From Alphaproteobacteria bacterium (lineage in GTDB: Bacteria; Pseudomonadota; Alphaproteobacteria; JAAXGF01), in NCBI GenBank assembly GCA_963555825.3, contig CAUVXB020000001.1, positions 288,001 through 352,000 on the forward strand: DNA of 64,000 nucleotides, written 5' to 3'. The notes under the pieces are model-generated. The model had not been told where the DNA came from. It searched no databases and saw nothing but the letters and a program-made list of their open reading frames with translations. The translations under genes were made by a program, and so were the position numbers. Of the stretch, positions 32,140-43,757 are shown piece by piece. Positions within the stretch are counted from its first letter, which is position 1, and every line of letters begins with the position of its first letter.

Positions 32140-32610
32140 TCACGTGCGTGCCATACGATCGAGCGCGCCCTGCAGGATGTAGGCCGCCGCCATCTTGTCG
32201 ACGACCTCGGCGCGGCGCTTGCGCGAGACATCGGCCTCGATCAGCGTGCGCTCCGCCGCGACGGTCGACAGCCGCTCGTCCCAGAAGGCGACCGGGATGT
32301 CGATCTTGGCCAGCAGGTTGGCGGCGAACTGACGCACCGACTGGCAGCGCGGCCCCTCGCTGCCGTCCATGTTGATCGGCAGGCCGATGACCAGGCCGCC
32401 GACGTCGTTTTCGTCGATCAGCCGGCGCAGCGTTTCGACGTCCAGTGTGAACTTCGAGCGCCGGATCGTCTGGCGCGGCGTCGCGACGATGCGGCCGACG
32501 TCCGAGAACGCGATGCCGATCGTCTTGGCGCCGACGTCGAGGCCCATCAGCCGCTGGCCGGGACCGAGCGCCAGCGCCTCGACGGAGCCGAGTGGTGCGC
32601 GTTCGGTCAT
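32140..32610 (-). CDS. ruvX: Holliday junction resolvase-like RuvX/YqgF
   Basis: GLDVGAKTIGIA, IGLPINMDGSEG, WDERLST, VDKMAAAYILQ. Confidence 0.95.
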   Translation of the reverse strand: MTERAPLGSVEALALGPGQRLMGLDVGAKTIGIAFSDVGRIVATPRQTIRRSKFTLDVETLRRLIDENDVGGLVIGLPINMDGSEGPRCQSVRQFAANLLAKIDIPVAFWDERLSTVAAERTLIEADVSRKRRAEVVDKMAAAYILQGALDRMART

Positions 32611-33455
32611 GGCTGCCGGGCCGCCGCCGTATAGGCGTTGTTCAGGGCGCGCGTCGCCGGGCCGGCGGTGCCGTCGCCGATCGGATGGCCGTCGAGCGCG
32701 ACCAGCGGGCAGACGCCGATCAGGCTGTTGGTCAGGAAGGCCTCGTCGGCCTCGGCGAGCCGTTCGAGCGACAGAATCGTCTCGTGCACGCCGAGGTCGA
32801 GCCCGGCCGCCAGCTCGATTACCGCCCGGCGGGTGATGCCGGGCAGGGCGCCTTCGGTCAATGCCGGGGTGACGAGCGTGCCGCCGGAATCGATTGCGAA
32901 GACATTGGCGGCGCTTGCCTCGGCGATATTGCCGGCGGTGTTCAGCATGAGCGCCTCGGCCGCGCCGCGCGATGCCGCCTCGTTGCGCGCGATGACGTTG
33001 TCGAGATAACTCATATGCTTGATCGACGCAGTCGGCGAATGCTCGTTGCGCCGGACCGAGGCGGTCACCGCGGTCATCGTCTGGGGCGGGGCCGACGCGG
33101 CGGTCGCCGTCAGCAGCAGGGTCGGCTGCGGATCGGCCGGCGCCAGCAAACCGCGCTGGCCGACCCCGTGGCTCAGCGTCAGGCGCAGCGCGGCGCACCC
33201 CCGCGCCAGGCCGTTCGCCTCGAGCACAGCCTGCACGGCGCGGCCGACGTCGTCGTCGTCCACCGGCACCGGGATGCCGAGCAGCGCGGCGCCTGTGCGC
33301 AACCGCGCGAGGTGCTCGGCCAGCCGATAGACGTAACCGTCGGCGGCGGCGAAGGTCTCGAAGACGCCGTCGCCGAGCAGGAAGCCGCGGTCGCGCGGAT
33401 CGATCCGCGCCGCGTCGGCCGCGACCAGGTCACCGTTCAGCCAGACGGTGCTCAT
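32607..33455 (-). CDS. pabC: Class IV aminotransferase / aminodeoxychorismate lyase
   Basis: DRGFLLGDGVFET, LPGITR, EAFLTNS; directly downstream of pabB and pabA. Confidence 0.8.
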   Translation of the reverse strand: MSTVWLNGDLVAADAARIDPRDRGFLLGDGVFETFAAADGYVYRLAEHLARLRTGAALLGIPVPVDDDDVGRAVQAVLEANGLARGCAALRLTLSHGVGQRGLLAPADPQPTLLLTATAASAPPQTMTAVTASVRRNEHSPTASIKHMSYLDNVIARNEAASRGAAEALMLNTAGNIAEASAANVFAIDSGGTLVTPALTEGALPGITRRAVIELAAGLDLGVHETILSLERLAEADEAFLTNSLIGVCPLVALDGHPIGDGTAGPATRALNNAYTAAARQP

Positions 33456-34045
33456 CGCCGATCCTGGGTATTTTGCCACTCGTCGGCGCGGCGCAGGAAG
33501 TTCTTCAAGAGGTCGTGGCCGCGCTCGGTAAGCACCGATTCGGGGTGGAACTGCACGCCGACCACCGGGAACCAGCGGTGTGCCAGCGCCATCACCTCGC
33601 CCTCGTCGGTATAGGCGGTCGCCTCGAGACCGGTCGCCGCCTCGATGTCGACGACAAGCGAATGATAGCGCCCGACGCGCAACGGGTTGGGCAGCCCGGC
33701 GAAGACGCCGTGGTCGTCGTGGCTGATGCGCGAGATCTTGCCGTGAACCGGGCGTTGCGCGCGCCGCACCGTGCCGCCGTACACCTGGCCGATGCATTGG
33801 TGGCCCAGGCAGACGCCGAGGATCGGCACCCGTTCGCCGAGGCGGCGCACGACGTCGAGCGAGACGCCGGCGTCGTCGGGCGTGCCCGGGCCGGGCGACA
33901 GGATGATGGCCTCGGGCATCTCGGCGGCGATGTCGTCGACGTCGATCGCATCGTTGCGCACGACACGGCGCTCGCGGCCCAGCTCGCCGACGTAACGCGC
34001 GATGTTGTGGACGAAGGAATCGTAATTGTCGATCAGCAGGATCAT
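33452..34045 (-). CDS. pabA: Aminodeoxychorismate synthase component II (glutamine amidotransferase)
   Basis: [29 protein letters not shown]. Confidence 0.88.
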   Translation of the reverse strand: MILLIDNYDSFVHNIARYVGELGRERRVVRNDAIDVDDIAAEMPEAIILSPGPGTPDDAGVSLDVVRRLGERVPILGVCLGHQCIGQVYGGTVRRAQRPVHGKISRISHDDHGVFAGLPNPLRVGRYHSLVVDIEAATGLEATAYTDEGEVMALAHRWFPVVGVQFHPESVLTERGHDLLKNFLRRADEWQNTQDRR

Positions 34046-35502
34046 GGCCCGGCCGTGCCGCCCGCGAAGCAGTCGATCATCGCGCGCGCCTTGTCGAGCG
34101 TCTCGTCGTATTCGGACGCCGGCTCTGAATCGGCGACGATGCCGCCGCCGACCTGGAACACGGCGGCGTCGTCCTTGAAGGCGACGACGCGGATCGCGAT
34201 CGACGTGTCCATCGCGCCGTCGAAGCCGATATAGCCGATCGCGCCGCAATAGGGGCCGCGCCGCGTCGGCTCCAGCTCGGCGATGATCTCCATCGCGCGC
34301 ACCTTCGGCGCACCGGTGATCGAGCCGCCTGGGAAGGCCGCGCGCAACAAATCGACCGGCCCCTTGCCGTCTTCGAGCCGCCCGGTCACCGTCGAGACCA
34401 GGTGGTGGACCGTCGCGTAGCTTTCGAGCGCGCAGAGTTCCGGCACCTCGACCGTGTGGTCGCGGCAGACGCGCGACAGGTCGTTGCGCAGCAGATCGAC
34501 GATCATGACGTTCTCGCTCAGGTCCTTCTCGCTCTCGGTGAGTTCACGGGCGAGGGCGGCGTCCGCGTCGGCGGTAGCACCCCTCGGCCGCGTGCCCTTG
34601 ATCGGCCGGGTCTCGACCGTGCCACCGTCGATTTTGACGAAGCGCTCCGGCGAGCTCGACGCGATCGTGACGTCGCCGAACCCGAGATAGGCGGCGAAGG
34701 GTGCCGGGCTGGCCGCGCGCAGCCGCCGGTAGAAGTCGAAGCGGTCGAAATCCGCCGGCAGCTCGGCGCGGAAGCGCTGCGACAGGTTGACCTGAAAGAC
34801 GTCGCCCGCCCAGATGTACTCGACGACCCTGGCGACCGCCGCCTCGTATGCTTCCCGCGTGAAATTCGAGACCGGCTCGATGGCGCCCGATGGCGGCGGG
34901 GCGGGCGGCGTCTCGGCGGCGGCCAGGGAGTCCGAGAACGCGTCGGCGCGTTCGGCGGCGCGTCGGGCGCGGACATCGGCGTCGGTCTCGGGCCAGCCGC
35001 TCGAGACGATCCAGGCGCGCCGCTCGGCGATATCAAACGTGGCAACCACGTCGTAGAAGCCGAGCATCATGTCGGGAAAGGCCATGTCGTCGCCGGCCGG
35101 GCCGGCCAAGTCTTCCAGATAGTGGCAGAGGTCGTAGCCGAAATAGCCCAGGGCGCCGCCCTGGAATGGCGGCAGCCCGGCCACCGTGGCCATCGGGTAT
35201 CTTGCCAGCAGTTGCTCGAGCGCGTCGAACGGGTCGCCCATGACGCAGTCGCCATCGATGCAGACGTCGCCGTCCTTGGCGGTCAGCGTCAGGAATGGTC
35301 GCGCCGCGATGATGGCGTGGCGCGCCATGTCCGAGCTGCTCGGCGGGGCGTCCAGCAACACCGCGAACGGCTCGTCCGCGAACGCTGAAAAGGCGCTCAA
35401 CGGCTCGATGAATTCGATTTCCCGGACAATCGGCTCGACCATTGCGGGGGGTGCCTCGGACGCCCGCACGGGGTGTCCCTGCGCGGGCTTGCGATGGGTC
35501 AT
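34042..35502 (-). CDS. pabB: Aminodeoxychorismate synthase component I
   Basis: [37 protein letters not shown]; the start may be 35442. Confidence 0.88.
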   Translation of the reverse strand: MTHRKPAQGHPVRASEAPPAMVEPIVREIEFIEPLSAFSAFADEPFAVLLDAPPSSSDMARHAIIAARPFLTLTAKDGDVCIDGDCVMGDPFDALEQLLARYPMATVAGLPPFQGGALGYFGYDLCHYLEDLAGPAGDDMAFPDMMLGFYDVVATFDIAERRAWIVSSGWPETDADVRARRAAERADAFSDSLAAAETPPAPPPSGAIEPVSNFTREAYEAAVARVVEYIWAGDVFQVNLSQRFRAELPADFDRFDFYRRLRAASPAPFAAYLGFGDVTIASSSPERFVKIDGGTVETRPIKGTRPRGATADADAALARELTESEKDLSENVMIVDLLRNDLSRVCRDHTVEVPELCALESYATVHHLVSTVTGRLEDGKGPVDLLRAAFPGGSITGAPKVRAMEIIAELEPTRRGPYCGAIGYIGFDGAMDTSIAIRVVAFKDDAAVFQVGGGIVADSEPASEYDETLDKARAMIDCFAGGTAGP

Positions 35503-35590
35503 GGCGGGTGCTAACGTGCCGGCGCAAAATGGCCCGAAAGCCCATATCTCCTTGGCTTTCGGCTCGGTTCTTCGGGGCGGACAATGTCAC

Positions 35591-35878
35591 ATGCCGATCG
35601 ATAAATCCACCGTGGCGAAAATCGCCCGGCTCGCGCGGATCGACGTGCCCGACGACAAGCGCGAGGCACTCGCCGGCGAGCTGTCGAATATCCTGAGCTG
35701 GGTCGAGCAGCTCGCCGAGGTCGATACCGACGGCGTGCCGCCGATGACCAGTGTGGTCGAGGTGACACTGCCCGAGCGCGCCGACGTGGTCGACGACGGC
35801 GACTGCCGCGAGGACATCCTGGCCAACGCGCCCGAGAGCGACGATGGTTTCTTCGTCGTGCCCAAGGTCGTCGAGTGA
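35591..35878 (+). CDS. gatC: Asp/Glu-tRNA amidotransferase subunit C
   Basis: IARLARI...NAPE...FFVVPKVVE. Confidence 0.93.
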   Translation: MPIDKSTVAKIARLARIDVPDDKREALAGELSNILSWVEQLAEVDTDGVPPMTSVVEVTLPERADVVDDGDCREDILANAPESDDGFFVVPKVVE

Positions 35879-37350
35879 CGGCCGCCTTGACAGAGTTTTC
35901 ACTGGCCGAGGCGCGTGACGGCCTGGCGGCCGGCGACTTCTCGTCGCAAGAGCTGACCGAGGCGCATATCGTTGCGATCGAGTCGGCGCGCGACCTCAAC
36001 GCATTCATCACCGAGACGCCCGAGCGCGCGTTGGCGATGGCCGATGCATCGGACGCACGCCGCGCAACCGGCGAGGGCGGCGCGCTCGACGGCTTGCCGA
36101 TCATCATCAAGGACCTCTATTGCACCAAGGGCGTGCGCACCACCGCCGGCTCGCACATCCTGGACGGTTTCGTGCCGACCTATGAATCGACGGTGACGGC
36201 GAAGCTCTGGGACGCCGGCGCGGTGATGCTCGGCAAGGCCAATATGGACGAGTTCGCCATGGGCTCGTCGAACATGTTCTCGTTCGCCGGGCCCGCGATC
36301 AGCCCGTGGCGCCGCGCCGGCGACGACCGGCCGCTGGTGCCCGGCGGCTCGTCGGGTGGTTCGGCGGCGGCGATCGCGGCGCGCATCGCGCTGGCCGGCA
36401 CCGGCACCGACACCGGCGGCTCGATACGCCAGCCTGCCTCGTTCTCGGGCATCGTCGGCCTGAAACCGACCTATGGACGCTGCTCACGCTGGGGCATCGT
36501 CGCCTTCGCCTCGTCGCTCGACCAAGCCGGCCCGTTGACGCGCACGGTGCGCGACGCCGCGATCATGCTGGGCGCCATGGCCGGCCGCGACGTCAAGGAC
36601 TCGACCTCGGTCGATGCGCCTGTGCCTGACTACGAGGCCGCGCTGACCGGCGACGTCAGGGGCCTGCGCGTCGGCATCCCCACTGAGTACCGCGTCGACG
36701 GCATGCCCGCCGAGATCGATGCGCTGTGGCGTGACGGCGTCGCCTGGCTCGAGGGGCAGGGCGCCGAGACGGTCGAGATCAGTCTGCCGCACACGTCTTA
36801 CGCGCTGCCGACCTATTATATCGTCGCGCCGGCCGAGGCGTCGTCGAACCTGGCGCGCTACGACGGCATGCGCTACGGCCTGCGCGTCGCCTCCGACGAC
36901 CTGACCGAGATGTACGAGAAGACCCGCGCCGCCGGCTTCGGGCCTGAGGTCCAGCGGCGCGTGATGATCGGCGCCTATGTGCTGTCGGCGGGCTATTACG
37001 ATGCCTATTACCTCAAGGCGCAGCGCGTGCGCACGCTGATCGCCCGGGACTTCCAGGGCGCCTTCGGCACGGTCAATGTGGTGCTGACGCCGACCGCGCC
37101 GTCGGACGCCTTCGCCGTCGGCGACAAGGCCGACGACCCGATCGCGATGTACCTCAACGATGTCTTCACCGTGCCGGCGAGCCTCGCCGGCCTGCCGGCG
37201 ATCTCGGTGCCGGCCGGCCTCTCGGCCGACGGCCTGCCGCTCGGCCTACAGTTGATCGGTCGGCCGTTCGACGAGGAGACCGTGCTGCGCGCCGCACAGG
37301 CGCTCGAGACCGCGGCCCAGTTCACCGCGCGGCCCGGAGGCATCGGCTGA
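35875..37350 (+). CDS. gatA: Asp/Glu-tRNA amidotransferase subunit A
   Basis: [45 protein letters not shown]. Confidence 0.96.
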   Translation: MTAALTEFSLAEARDGLAAGDFSSQELTEAHIVAIESARDLNAFITETPERALAMADASDARRATGEGGALDGLPIIIKDLYCTKGVRTTAGSHILDGFVPTYESTVTAKLWDAGAVMLGKANMDEFAMGSSNMFSFAGPAISPWRRAGDDRPLVPGGSSGGSAAAIAARIALAGTGTDTGGSIRQPASFSGIVGLKPTYGRCSRWGIVAFASSLDQAGPLTRTVRDAAIMLGAMAGRDVKDSTSVDAPVPDYEAALTGDVRGLRVGIPTEYRVDGMPAEIDALWRDGVAWLEGQGAETVEISLPHTSYALPTYYIVAPAEASSNLARYDGMRYGLRVASDDLTEMYEKTRAAGFGPEVQRRVMIGAYVLSAGYYDAYYLKAQRVRTLIARDFQGAFGTVNVVLTPTAPSDAFAVGDKADDPIAMYLNDVFTVPASLAGLPAISVPAGLSADGLPLGLQLIGRPFDEETVLRAAQALETAAQFTARPGGIG

Positions 37351-38834
37351 TGGCCGCCCTGATCGAAGGCCGCAGCGGCCCGTGGGAGATGGTCATCGGC
37401 CTCGAGATCCACGCCCAGGTGGCCTCCGAGGCCAAGCTGTTCTCGGGTGCGAGCACCGCCTTCGGCGCCGAGCCCAACAGCCAAGTCAGCCTCGTCGACG
37501 CCGCGATGCCCGGCATGCTGCCGGTGATCAACGCGTATTGCATCGAGCAGGCGGTGCGCACCGGCCTCGCGCTCGGCGCCGAGATCAACCTGGTCTCGGT
37601 GTTCGACCGCAAGAACTTCTTCTACCCCGACCTGCCGCCGGGCTATCAGATATCGCAGTTCAGCCAGCCGATCGTCGGCAAGGGCCGCGTCGCCGTCGAC
37701 GTTGAGGGCGGCGCGACGCGCGAGGTCGGCATAACGCGCCTACATCTCGAACAAGACGCCGGCAAGAGCATTCACGACCGCGCCCCGAACGCGACGCACG
37801 TCGACCTCAACCGGGCGGGCGTCGCGCTGATGGAGATCGTCTCCGAGCCCGACATCCGGAGCCCCGAAGAGGCCGGTGCGTATCTGCGCAAGATACGCTC
37901 GATCCTGCGCTACATCGGCTCGTGCGACGGCAACATGGAACAGGGCTCGATGCGCTGCGACGTCAACGTCTCGATGCGTCGGCCGGGTGAGGCGCTGGGC
38001 ACCCGCACCGAGACCAAGAACGTCAACTCGGTGCGCTTCGTCATGCGCGCGATCGAATACGAAGCGGCGCGCCAGGTCGAGCTGCTTGAGGACGGCGGCA
38101 CGGTCGACCTGGAGACTCGCCTGTTCGACCCCGACCGCGGCGAGACCCGGTCGATGCGCTCGAAGGAAGAATCGCACGACTACCGTTATTTCCCCGACCC
38201 GGACCTGTTGCCGCTGACGCTCGATCAGGCCTGGGTCGACGAGATCGCCGCAGGCCTGCCGGAACTGCCGGATACAAAGAAGGCGCGCTTCATCGAGGTC
38301 TATGGCCTGACGCCGGCCGACGCCGGCCAACTCGTCGCCGAGCGCGACAGCGCCGATTACTTCGAGGCGGTCGCCGAGGGGCGCGCCGCCAAGACCGCGG
38401 CGAACTGGGTGCTCCACGACCTCTTCGGGGCGCTCAACAAGGCCGACCTCGAGATCGCCGCGTCGCCCGTCTCGGCCGCGGCACTGGGCGGCCTCATCGA
38501 CCTGATCGCCGACGACACGATCTCGGGGCGCATCGCCAAGGACGTCTTCGCCGAGATGTTCGAAACCGGCAACGAGGCCGCCGCCATCGTCGAGGCCAAG
38601 GGTCTCAAACAGGTCACCGACGAAGGCGCAATCGAAGCGATCGTCGATGCGATCATCGCCGACAACCCGGACCAGGCGGCCCAGTTCGCCGCGAGCCCCA
38701 AGGTCATCGGCTGGTTCGTTGGCCAGGTCATGAAAGCCACGCAAGGCACGGCCAATCCGGCTATGGTGAACCAGATCTTGCGGAAGAAGCTGGGCGGCGG
38801 GAAAGGCGCGCCGCGCCGAGGAGGGCAGCCATGA
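37350..38834 (+). CDS. gatB: Asp/Glu-tRNA amidotransferase subunit B
   Basis: [35 protein letters not shown]. Confidence 0.96.
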   Translation: MAALIEGRSGPWEMVIGLEIHAQVASEAKLFSGASTAFGAEPNSQVSLVDAAMPGMLPVINAYCIEQAVRTGLALGAEINLVSVFDRKNFFYPDLPPGYQISQFSQPIVGKGRVAVDVEGGATREVGITRLHLEQDAGKSIHDRAPNATHVDLNRAGVALMEIVSEPDIRSPEEAGAYLRKIRSILRYIGSCDGNMEQGSMRCDVNVSMRRPGEALGTRTETKNVNSVRFVMRAIEYEAARQVELLEDGGTVDLETRLFDPDRGETRSMRSKEESHDYRYFPDPDLLPLTLDQAWVDEIAAGLPELPDTKKARFIEVYGLTPADAGQLVAERDSADYFEAVAEGRAAKTAANWVLHDLFGALNKADLEIAASPVSAAALGGLIDLIADDTISGRIAKDVFAEMFETGNEAAAIVEAKGLKQVTDEGAIEAIVDAIIADNPDQAAQFAASPKVIGWFVGQVMKATQGTANPAMVNQILRKKLGGGKGAPRRGGQP

Positions 38835-40822
38835 TGACAGAGTTTCCGACGCTGTTCACGCCGATCAAGCTGCGCCATGTGACGCTGGACAACCGCATCG
38901 TGTTCGGCGCGCATACCGCCAACATGGCCGAGGACGGGCTGCCGGTCGATCGGCACTTCGGCTATTACCGCGAGCGCGCCAGGGGCGGCGCGGCGATGAT
39001 CGTCGTCGAGCCGGCGCCGGCGCACCGCACCGGCGTCCTGATCCGCGCCAACTTCCGCCATGGCGACGACAGCGTCGTGCCGCATTTCCGGCGCATCACC
39101 GACGAGTGCCACGGCCACGGCACGGTGATGTGCCACCAAATCTACCACGTCGGCGGCCACGGCGATCAGGACAACTCGTGGGAGCCCTATTGGTCGCCGT
39201 CGGGGGTCCCGTCGATGCACGATCCGTGGGGCAGCCACGCGGTGACAGAGGCCGAGATCGAGGAACTGATCGAGGGCTTCGTGGCGCAGGCGCGCATCGA
39301 CAGGGATTCGGGCTTCGACGGCGTCGATATCTTCGCCGGCTACAACTGTCTGGTCGACCAGTTCTGGTCGCCGCTGACCAACAAGCGCGACGACAAGTGG
39401 GGCGGCTCGCTCGAGAATCGCGTCCGCTTCGCCGTCGAGGTCACCAGCCGGATCCGCGAGATGGCGGGCGACAATTTTATCATCGGCATGACCGTCTCGG
39501 GCGCCGAGCCGTCGCCCGGCGGCCTCTCGCTCGCCGACAAGCAGGAGATTGCCGCCTATCTCGATCAGCGCGGCCTGGTCGATTACTTCTCGGTCGGCGT
39601 CGGCAGCTATCTGTTCGGTTTCTCGCAGATCGTGCCGAGCTTCCATTACGACATGATGCTCGGCGTCGACGACGCACGCGCCTACAAGGAGGCGGTCAGC
39701 CACGCGTTGGTCACCTGCGAGGGCCGCGTCAAGACGCCGGCCAACGCCGAGAAGGTGATCTCGGAGGGCAATTCCGACCTGGTCAGCATCGTGCGCGGCC
39801 AGATCGCCGACCCGCATCTGGTCAACAAGGCGCGCGAAGGGCGGGCCGAGGACGTCCGTCCGTGCATCAACTGCAATCAGTTGTGTCTCGGGCGGCGCAT
39901 GCGCGAGAACTGGATCTCGTGCCTCGCCAACCCGTCGGTCGGCCGCGAGTTCGAGTGGGGCGGTGATGCGCCGCCGGCCGCCGAGACGCCGCGCGACGTG
40001 CTGGTCGTCGGCGGCGGGCCCGGTGGCATGGAGACCGCGCGGGTCGCCGCCGAGCGGGGACATCGCGTGACGCTCGCCGAGAGCGGCGCCGCGCTGGGCG
40101 GCCAGTTCCGCCTCGCCGCCGGCCAGCCCGAGCGTGGCGAGATCAGCCAGCTCCTGACCTGGTTCGAGACCCAGCTCGAGAAGCTGCAGGTGCGCGTCCA
40201 GCTGCGCACCGAGATGAGCGCCGAGGATATCGTGGCGTCGGGCGCCGATGTGGTCGTGCTGTCGACTGGCTCGACGCCGTCGCGCGAAGGTTTCCAGCGT
40301 GTGCTGCCGCATGTCGATCGCCTGCCGGGCGTCGACCAGGACAATGTCTGCACGATCCACGACGTGCTCGACGGTTCGGTCGTGCCGGGCAACAACGTGT
40401 TGCTGCTCGACGACATCAACGGCTGGTGGCCGGCGAGCGGCACCGCGCTGCACCTCGCCCTACAACGCCATACCGTCACCGTCGTCACGGCGTCGGAACA
40501 AGCGGCCGGCCAGCTCGACTACAGCCGCACCGGCGACACCACGCGCGAGCGTTTCATGAAGTACGGCATCGAGGTCGTGTTGGCCACCGCGCTGACCAAG
40601 TGGGACGGCAACACGGCGACGCTGGTCAACTTCTATACCGGCGAGGAAGAAACCCGCGAATTCGACTCGCTCGTGCTGGCCTGCACCAACCATCCGGAGA
40701 ACCGGCTGCAGGGCGAGCTCGCCGACGCCGGCCTCGAGGTCCACGAGATCGGCGACACGGTCGCAGCGCGCACCGCCTCGATGGCGTTCTACGAGGGGCG
40801 CAAGCTGGCGCTGAGCCTGTAG
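38831..40822 (+). CDS. NADH:flavin oxidoreductase (OYE barrel, Fe-S and FAD domains; DgcA/TMADH-like)
   Basis: [30 protein letters not shown]...[10 protein letters not shown]. Confidence 0.85.
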   Translation: MMTEFPTLFTPIKLRHVTLDNRIVFGAHTANMAEDGLPVDRHFGYYRERARGGAAMIVVEPAPAHRTGVLIRANFRHGDDSVVPHFRRITDECHGHGTVMCHQIYHVGGHGDQDNSWEPYWSPSGVPSMHDPWGSHAVTEAEIEELIEGFVAQARIDRDSGFDGVDIFAGYNCLVDQFWSPLTNKRDDKWGGSLENRVRFAVEVTSRIREMAGDNFIIGMTVSGAEPSPGGLSLADKQEIAAYLDQRGLVDYFSVGVGSYLFGFSQIVPSFHYDMMLGVDDARAYKEAVSHALVTCEGRVKTPANAEKVISEGNSDLVSIVRGQIADPHLVNKAREGRAEDVRPCINCNQLCLGRRMRENWISCLANPSVGREFEWGGDAPPAAETPRDVLVVGGGPGGMETARVAAERGHRVTLAESGAALGGQFRLAAGQPERGEISQLLTWFETQLEKLQVRVQLRTEMSAEDIVASGADVVVLSTGSTPSREGFQRVLPHVDRLPGVDQDNVCTIHDVLDGSVVPGNNVLLLDDINGWWPASGTALHLALQRHTVTVVTASEQAAGQLDYSRTGDTTRERFMKYGIEVVLATALTKWDGNTATLVNFYTGEEETREFDSLVLACTNHPENRLQGELADAGLEVHEIGDTVAARTASMAFYEGRKLALSL

Positions 40823-40868
40823 GCTCGGCCGGCCGGCCCCGTCGCGTCGAAGGGTTGGGAAGATCGGC

Positions 40869-41501
40869 ATGAAGTGGCGGTGCATAGCGGCCATGGCCGC
40901 GGCGTTGCTGGCCGGCGGCGCGCCGCCGGCTGCCGCCGGGACGATCACCCTGGAGGGCATCGCCTTCTCGGATGAGCTCGGTGGTTTCGTGCTGGTCGAG
41001 GGCCGCGGCAGCGGTCGGCTCGACGATCCCTTCGTGCTGGTCGAGGTGATCACCGGCGACCGGCCGGCGATCATGACCATCCGCGGGCTCTCGCCGGCCT
41101 TCGGCAACCGTATCGGCTCGCACCACGCGGCCGGCTTCGCGATCACCAAGGTCGTGCGCAACGGCACCGATCAGACCTGGTCGGCCTACAACCTCGAACT
41201 GCGCGAAATCATCACCGCGCACAGCCCCTACGAGGACGGGCTCTCGTTCGGCCAGGCGTCGCAATCGGGCCGGCCGTTTGTTTCGGACCGTTACAGCGCC
41301 GCCATCGAGCACGACGAGCCCTACGACGGGGTCTCGTTCTCGGGCGGCCTGGTGCGGCCCGGCGAGACCGTGGTCTTCAGCTTCGTCGTCACCGACGCGT
41401 TGCCCAAACCGCTCATCTTCCTGCTGCAGAAACGCGGCGCGCCGATCGCCGGCGTCGCGCCCGATGACAGCGCCGATCGCGTAGTGATAGTGTCGCGCTG
41501 A
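40869..41501 (+). CDS. Secreted hypothetical protein
   Basis: Signal peptide MKWRCIAAMAAALLAGG...AAA; host-like codon usage. Confidence 0.7.
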   Translation: MKWRCIAAMAAALLAGGAPPAAAGTITLEGIAFSDELGGFVLVEGRGSGRLDDPFVLVEVITGDRPAIMTIRGLSPAFGNRIGSHHAAGFAITKVVRNGTDQTWSAYNLELREIITAHSPYEDGLSFGQASQSGRPFVSDRYSAAIEHDEPYDGVSFSGGLVRPGETVVFSFVVTDALPKPLIFLLQKRGAPIAGVAPDDSADRVVIVSR

Positions 41502-41549
41502 CGCGGCGCCGGGCCGCGCGCCGTTTCCCCCGACCTCGAGCGCCATGAC

Positions 41550-42878
41550 ATGACGGCAACGAGCCACCTTGCCCGCGACACCAGCCTCGGCGGCGTGATC
41601 CGCACGATGAGCGCGCTCCTGCTCGGCGTCTCGGTGCTCTCGATGGGCTCGGGCGCGATGCTCGCGGTGATCGGCGTCCGGCTGTCGTCGGCCGGCGCGT
41701 CGACCATGATGATCGGCGCCGTCATGTCGGCTTACTTCCTGGGCGAGCTGATCGGCTCGATGTACGGCGGGCGCGTCATCGGCCGGGTCGGCCATATCCG
41801 CGCCTTCGCGGTGTTCGCCGCGATCGGCGCGGTCTCGACGCTGATGCTGGCGCTGATCGATTCGCTGCCCGTCTGGACGCTGCTGCGCTTCGTCGCCGGC
41901 TATTGCATCGCCGGGCTGGCGATGGTCGCGGAAAGCTGGCTCAATCATCGCGCCACCAACGCGACGCGCGGGCGCACGCTGTCGGTCTACATCATCGCGG
42001 TCAGCGCGGCCTTCGCGCTCGGTCCGCTGGCGCTCAACCTGGCCGATCCGAACGGCGACGAGCTGATCGTGGCGACCGGCATCCTGTTCGTGCTCGCGCT
42101 TTTGCCGGTCGCGCTGACGCGGACCGGCAATCCCGATATCGGCGAGCAGCGCCGGCTAGGCCTGCGCCGGCTTTTCGCGATCGCGCCGATGGGCGTGCTC
42201 GGCGCGCTGACCGTCGGCCTGGTCGAGAGCGCATTCTTCGGCCTCGCCGCGGTCTACGGCCAAGCGAGCGGAATGAGCCCGGCGCTGGTGTCGCTGTTCT
42301 TTTCGGTTTCGCTCGGCGGCCTCCTGGTCATGCAGTTCCCGATCGGTGCGCTGTCGGACCGCTTCGACCGCGAACGCGTCATCCTGGTCATCACGCTGGT
42401 TGCCGGCGCCGCCGCGCTCGCCATCGCCATCATCGGGACGATGCCGTTCGCCCTGCTGCTCGCGCTGACCTTCGTCATGGGCGGCCTGTCGAGCCCGCTC
42501 TATCCGTTGGCGCTCGCCGAGGCGAACGACTACCTCGAGACCGACGAGCTGGTGCCGGCGGCGGGCGCCATCCTGTTGGCCTACAGCCTGGGTGCGAGCG
42601 TTGGGCCACTCGCCGCCTCGGCGCTGATGGCGGCGGTCGGACCCGCCGGGCTTTACGGTTTCATCGCCGCCGTGTTGTTCGCTTTCGGAATATACGCGGC
42701 GCATCGCGTGCGCCAGGGCCTGGCCAAGCCGGCCGACGAGCAGACCCAGTTCCAGCCCGCCATGTCGCATGCCACGCCGCTCGCCGCCGGCCTCGACCCG
42801 CGCGGCCCGGAGGACCCGGCCTACGACACGAGCTGGGAGCGCGAAGAGTCCGACGACGGCGGCAAGGGGTGGTCGTAA
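41550..42878 (+). CDS. MFS transporter (YcaD-like)
   Basis: About 12 TM segments; RVGHIRAFA, ESWLN, GALSDRFDR. Confidence 0.88.
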   Translation: MTATSHLARDTSLGGVIRTMSALLLGVSVLSMGSGAMLAVIGVRLSSAGASTMMIGAVMSAYFLGELIGSMYGGRVIGRVGHIRAFAVFAAIGAVSTLMLALIDSLPVWTLLRFVAGYCIAGLAMVAESWLNHRATNATRGRTLSVYIIAVSAAFALGPLALNLADPNGDELIVATGILFVLALLPVALTRTGNPDIGEQRRLGLRRLFAIAPMGVLGALTVGLVESAFFGLAAVYGQASGMSPALVSLFFSVSLGGLLVMQFPIGALSDRFDRERVILVITLVAGAAALAIAIIGTMPFALLLALTFVMGGLSSPLYPLALAEANDYLETDELVPAAGAILLAYSLGASVGPLAASALMAAVGPAGLYGFIAAVLFAFGIYAAHRVRQGLAKPADEQTQFQPAMSHATPLAAGLDPRGPEDPAYDTSWEREESDDGGKGWS

Positions 42879-42930
42879 CCGCCGGCCGCGCCCTATATGC
42901 TGGGATAACGGACCACGCCGGGAGGGAAAC

Positions 42931-43638
42931 GTGATCGATCTCTATACCTGCGCGACGCCCAACGGGCAGAAGCTCCACATCATGCTCGAGGAGGCCGGAC
43001 TCGACTACACCGAGCACTGGATCGACATCGGCAAGGGCGAGCAGTTCACAGCCGAGTTCCTGGCGATCAGCCCGAACAACAAAATTCCGGCGATCGTCGA
43101 CCAGGATGGCCCCGGCGGCGAACCCATGGCGCTGTTCGAATCGGGCGCCATCCTGTTCTACCTCGCCAAGAAAACCGGTCGTTTCCTGCCCGAGGACCCG
43201 CGCAAGCACTGGGACGTCATGCAGTGGCTGTTCTGGCAGATCGGCGGCTTCGGCCCGATGCTGGGCCAGGCGCATCACTTCAACGCCTACGCGCCGATGA
43301 ACCCGAGCGGCCCGGTGGTGCTGCCCTATGCCCAGGCGCGCTACACCAACGAGGCGGGGCGGCTCTACGGCGTGCTCGATCGCCAGCTGGCCCGACACGA
43401 ATACGTCGCCGCGGACGAGTACACCATCGCCGACATTGCTATCTTCCCGTGGTGCCGCCTTTACAATCGCCAAGAGCAGGACATCGACGACTTCCCCAAC
43501 GTCAAGCGCTGGTTCGTCACGGTCGGCCGGCGCCCCGCGGTCGAGCGCGACATGGGCAAGCTCGAGGACATCGTCGACGGCTGGGATGCCGAGAGTTGGG
43601 ACGTGTCCTTCGGCGGCCAGCAGTACGAGCGGCGGTAG
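42931..43638 (+). CDS. Glutathione S-transferase (Nu-class/YfcG-like), paralog 1
   Basis: IDLYTCATPNGQK, SPNNKIPAIVD, FESGAIL; GTG start after GGGAGG. Confidence 0.9.
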   Translation: MIDLYTCATPNGQKLHIMLEEAGLDYTEHWIDIGKGEQFTAEFLAISPNNKIPAIVDQDGPGGEPMALFESGAILFYLAKKTGRFLPEDPRKHWDVMQWLFWQIGGFGPMLGQAHHFNAYAPMNPSGPVVLPYAQARYTNEAGRLYGVLDRQLARHEYVAADEYTIADIAIFPWCRLYNRQEQDIDDFPNVKRWFVTVGRRPAVERDMGKLEDIVDGWDAESWDVSFGGQQYERR

Positions 43639-43671
43639 GTTCAACGACGCAGATACAGGGGCACAGATTTT

Positions 43672-43700
43672 GTAGGGGCGGGTTTGAAACCCGCCTCTAC
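43672..43700. repeat. GTAG-family REP palindrome
   Basis: GTAGGGGCGGGTTTGAAACCCGCCTCTAC. Confidence 0.8.
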
Positions 43701-43757
43701 GGGGCGGAATTCTCCGTGCCCTGGTATTTAAACATGACATTAGGAAAGGCGATCTAA

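Noticed and set aside
38790-38834. Short basic C-terminal extension on GatB overlapping the next gene
   Set aside because: Likely simple stop-codon drift; no evidence of function.
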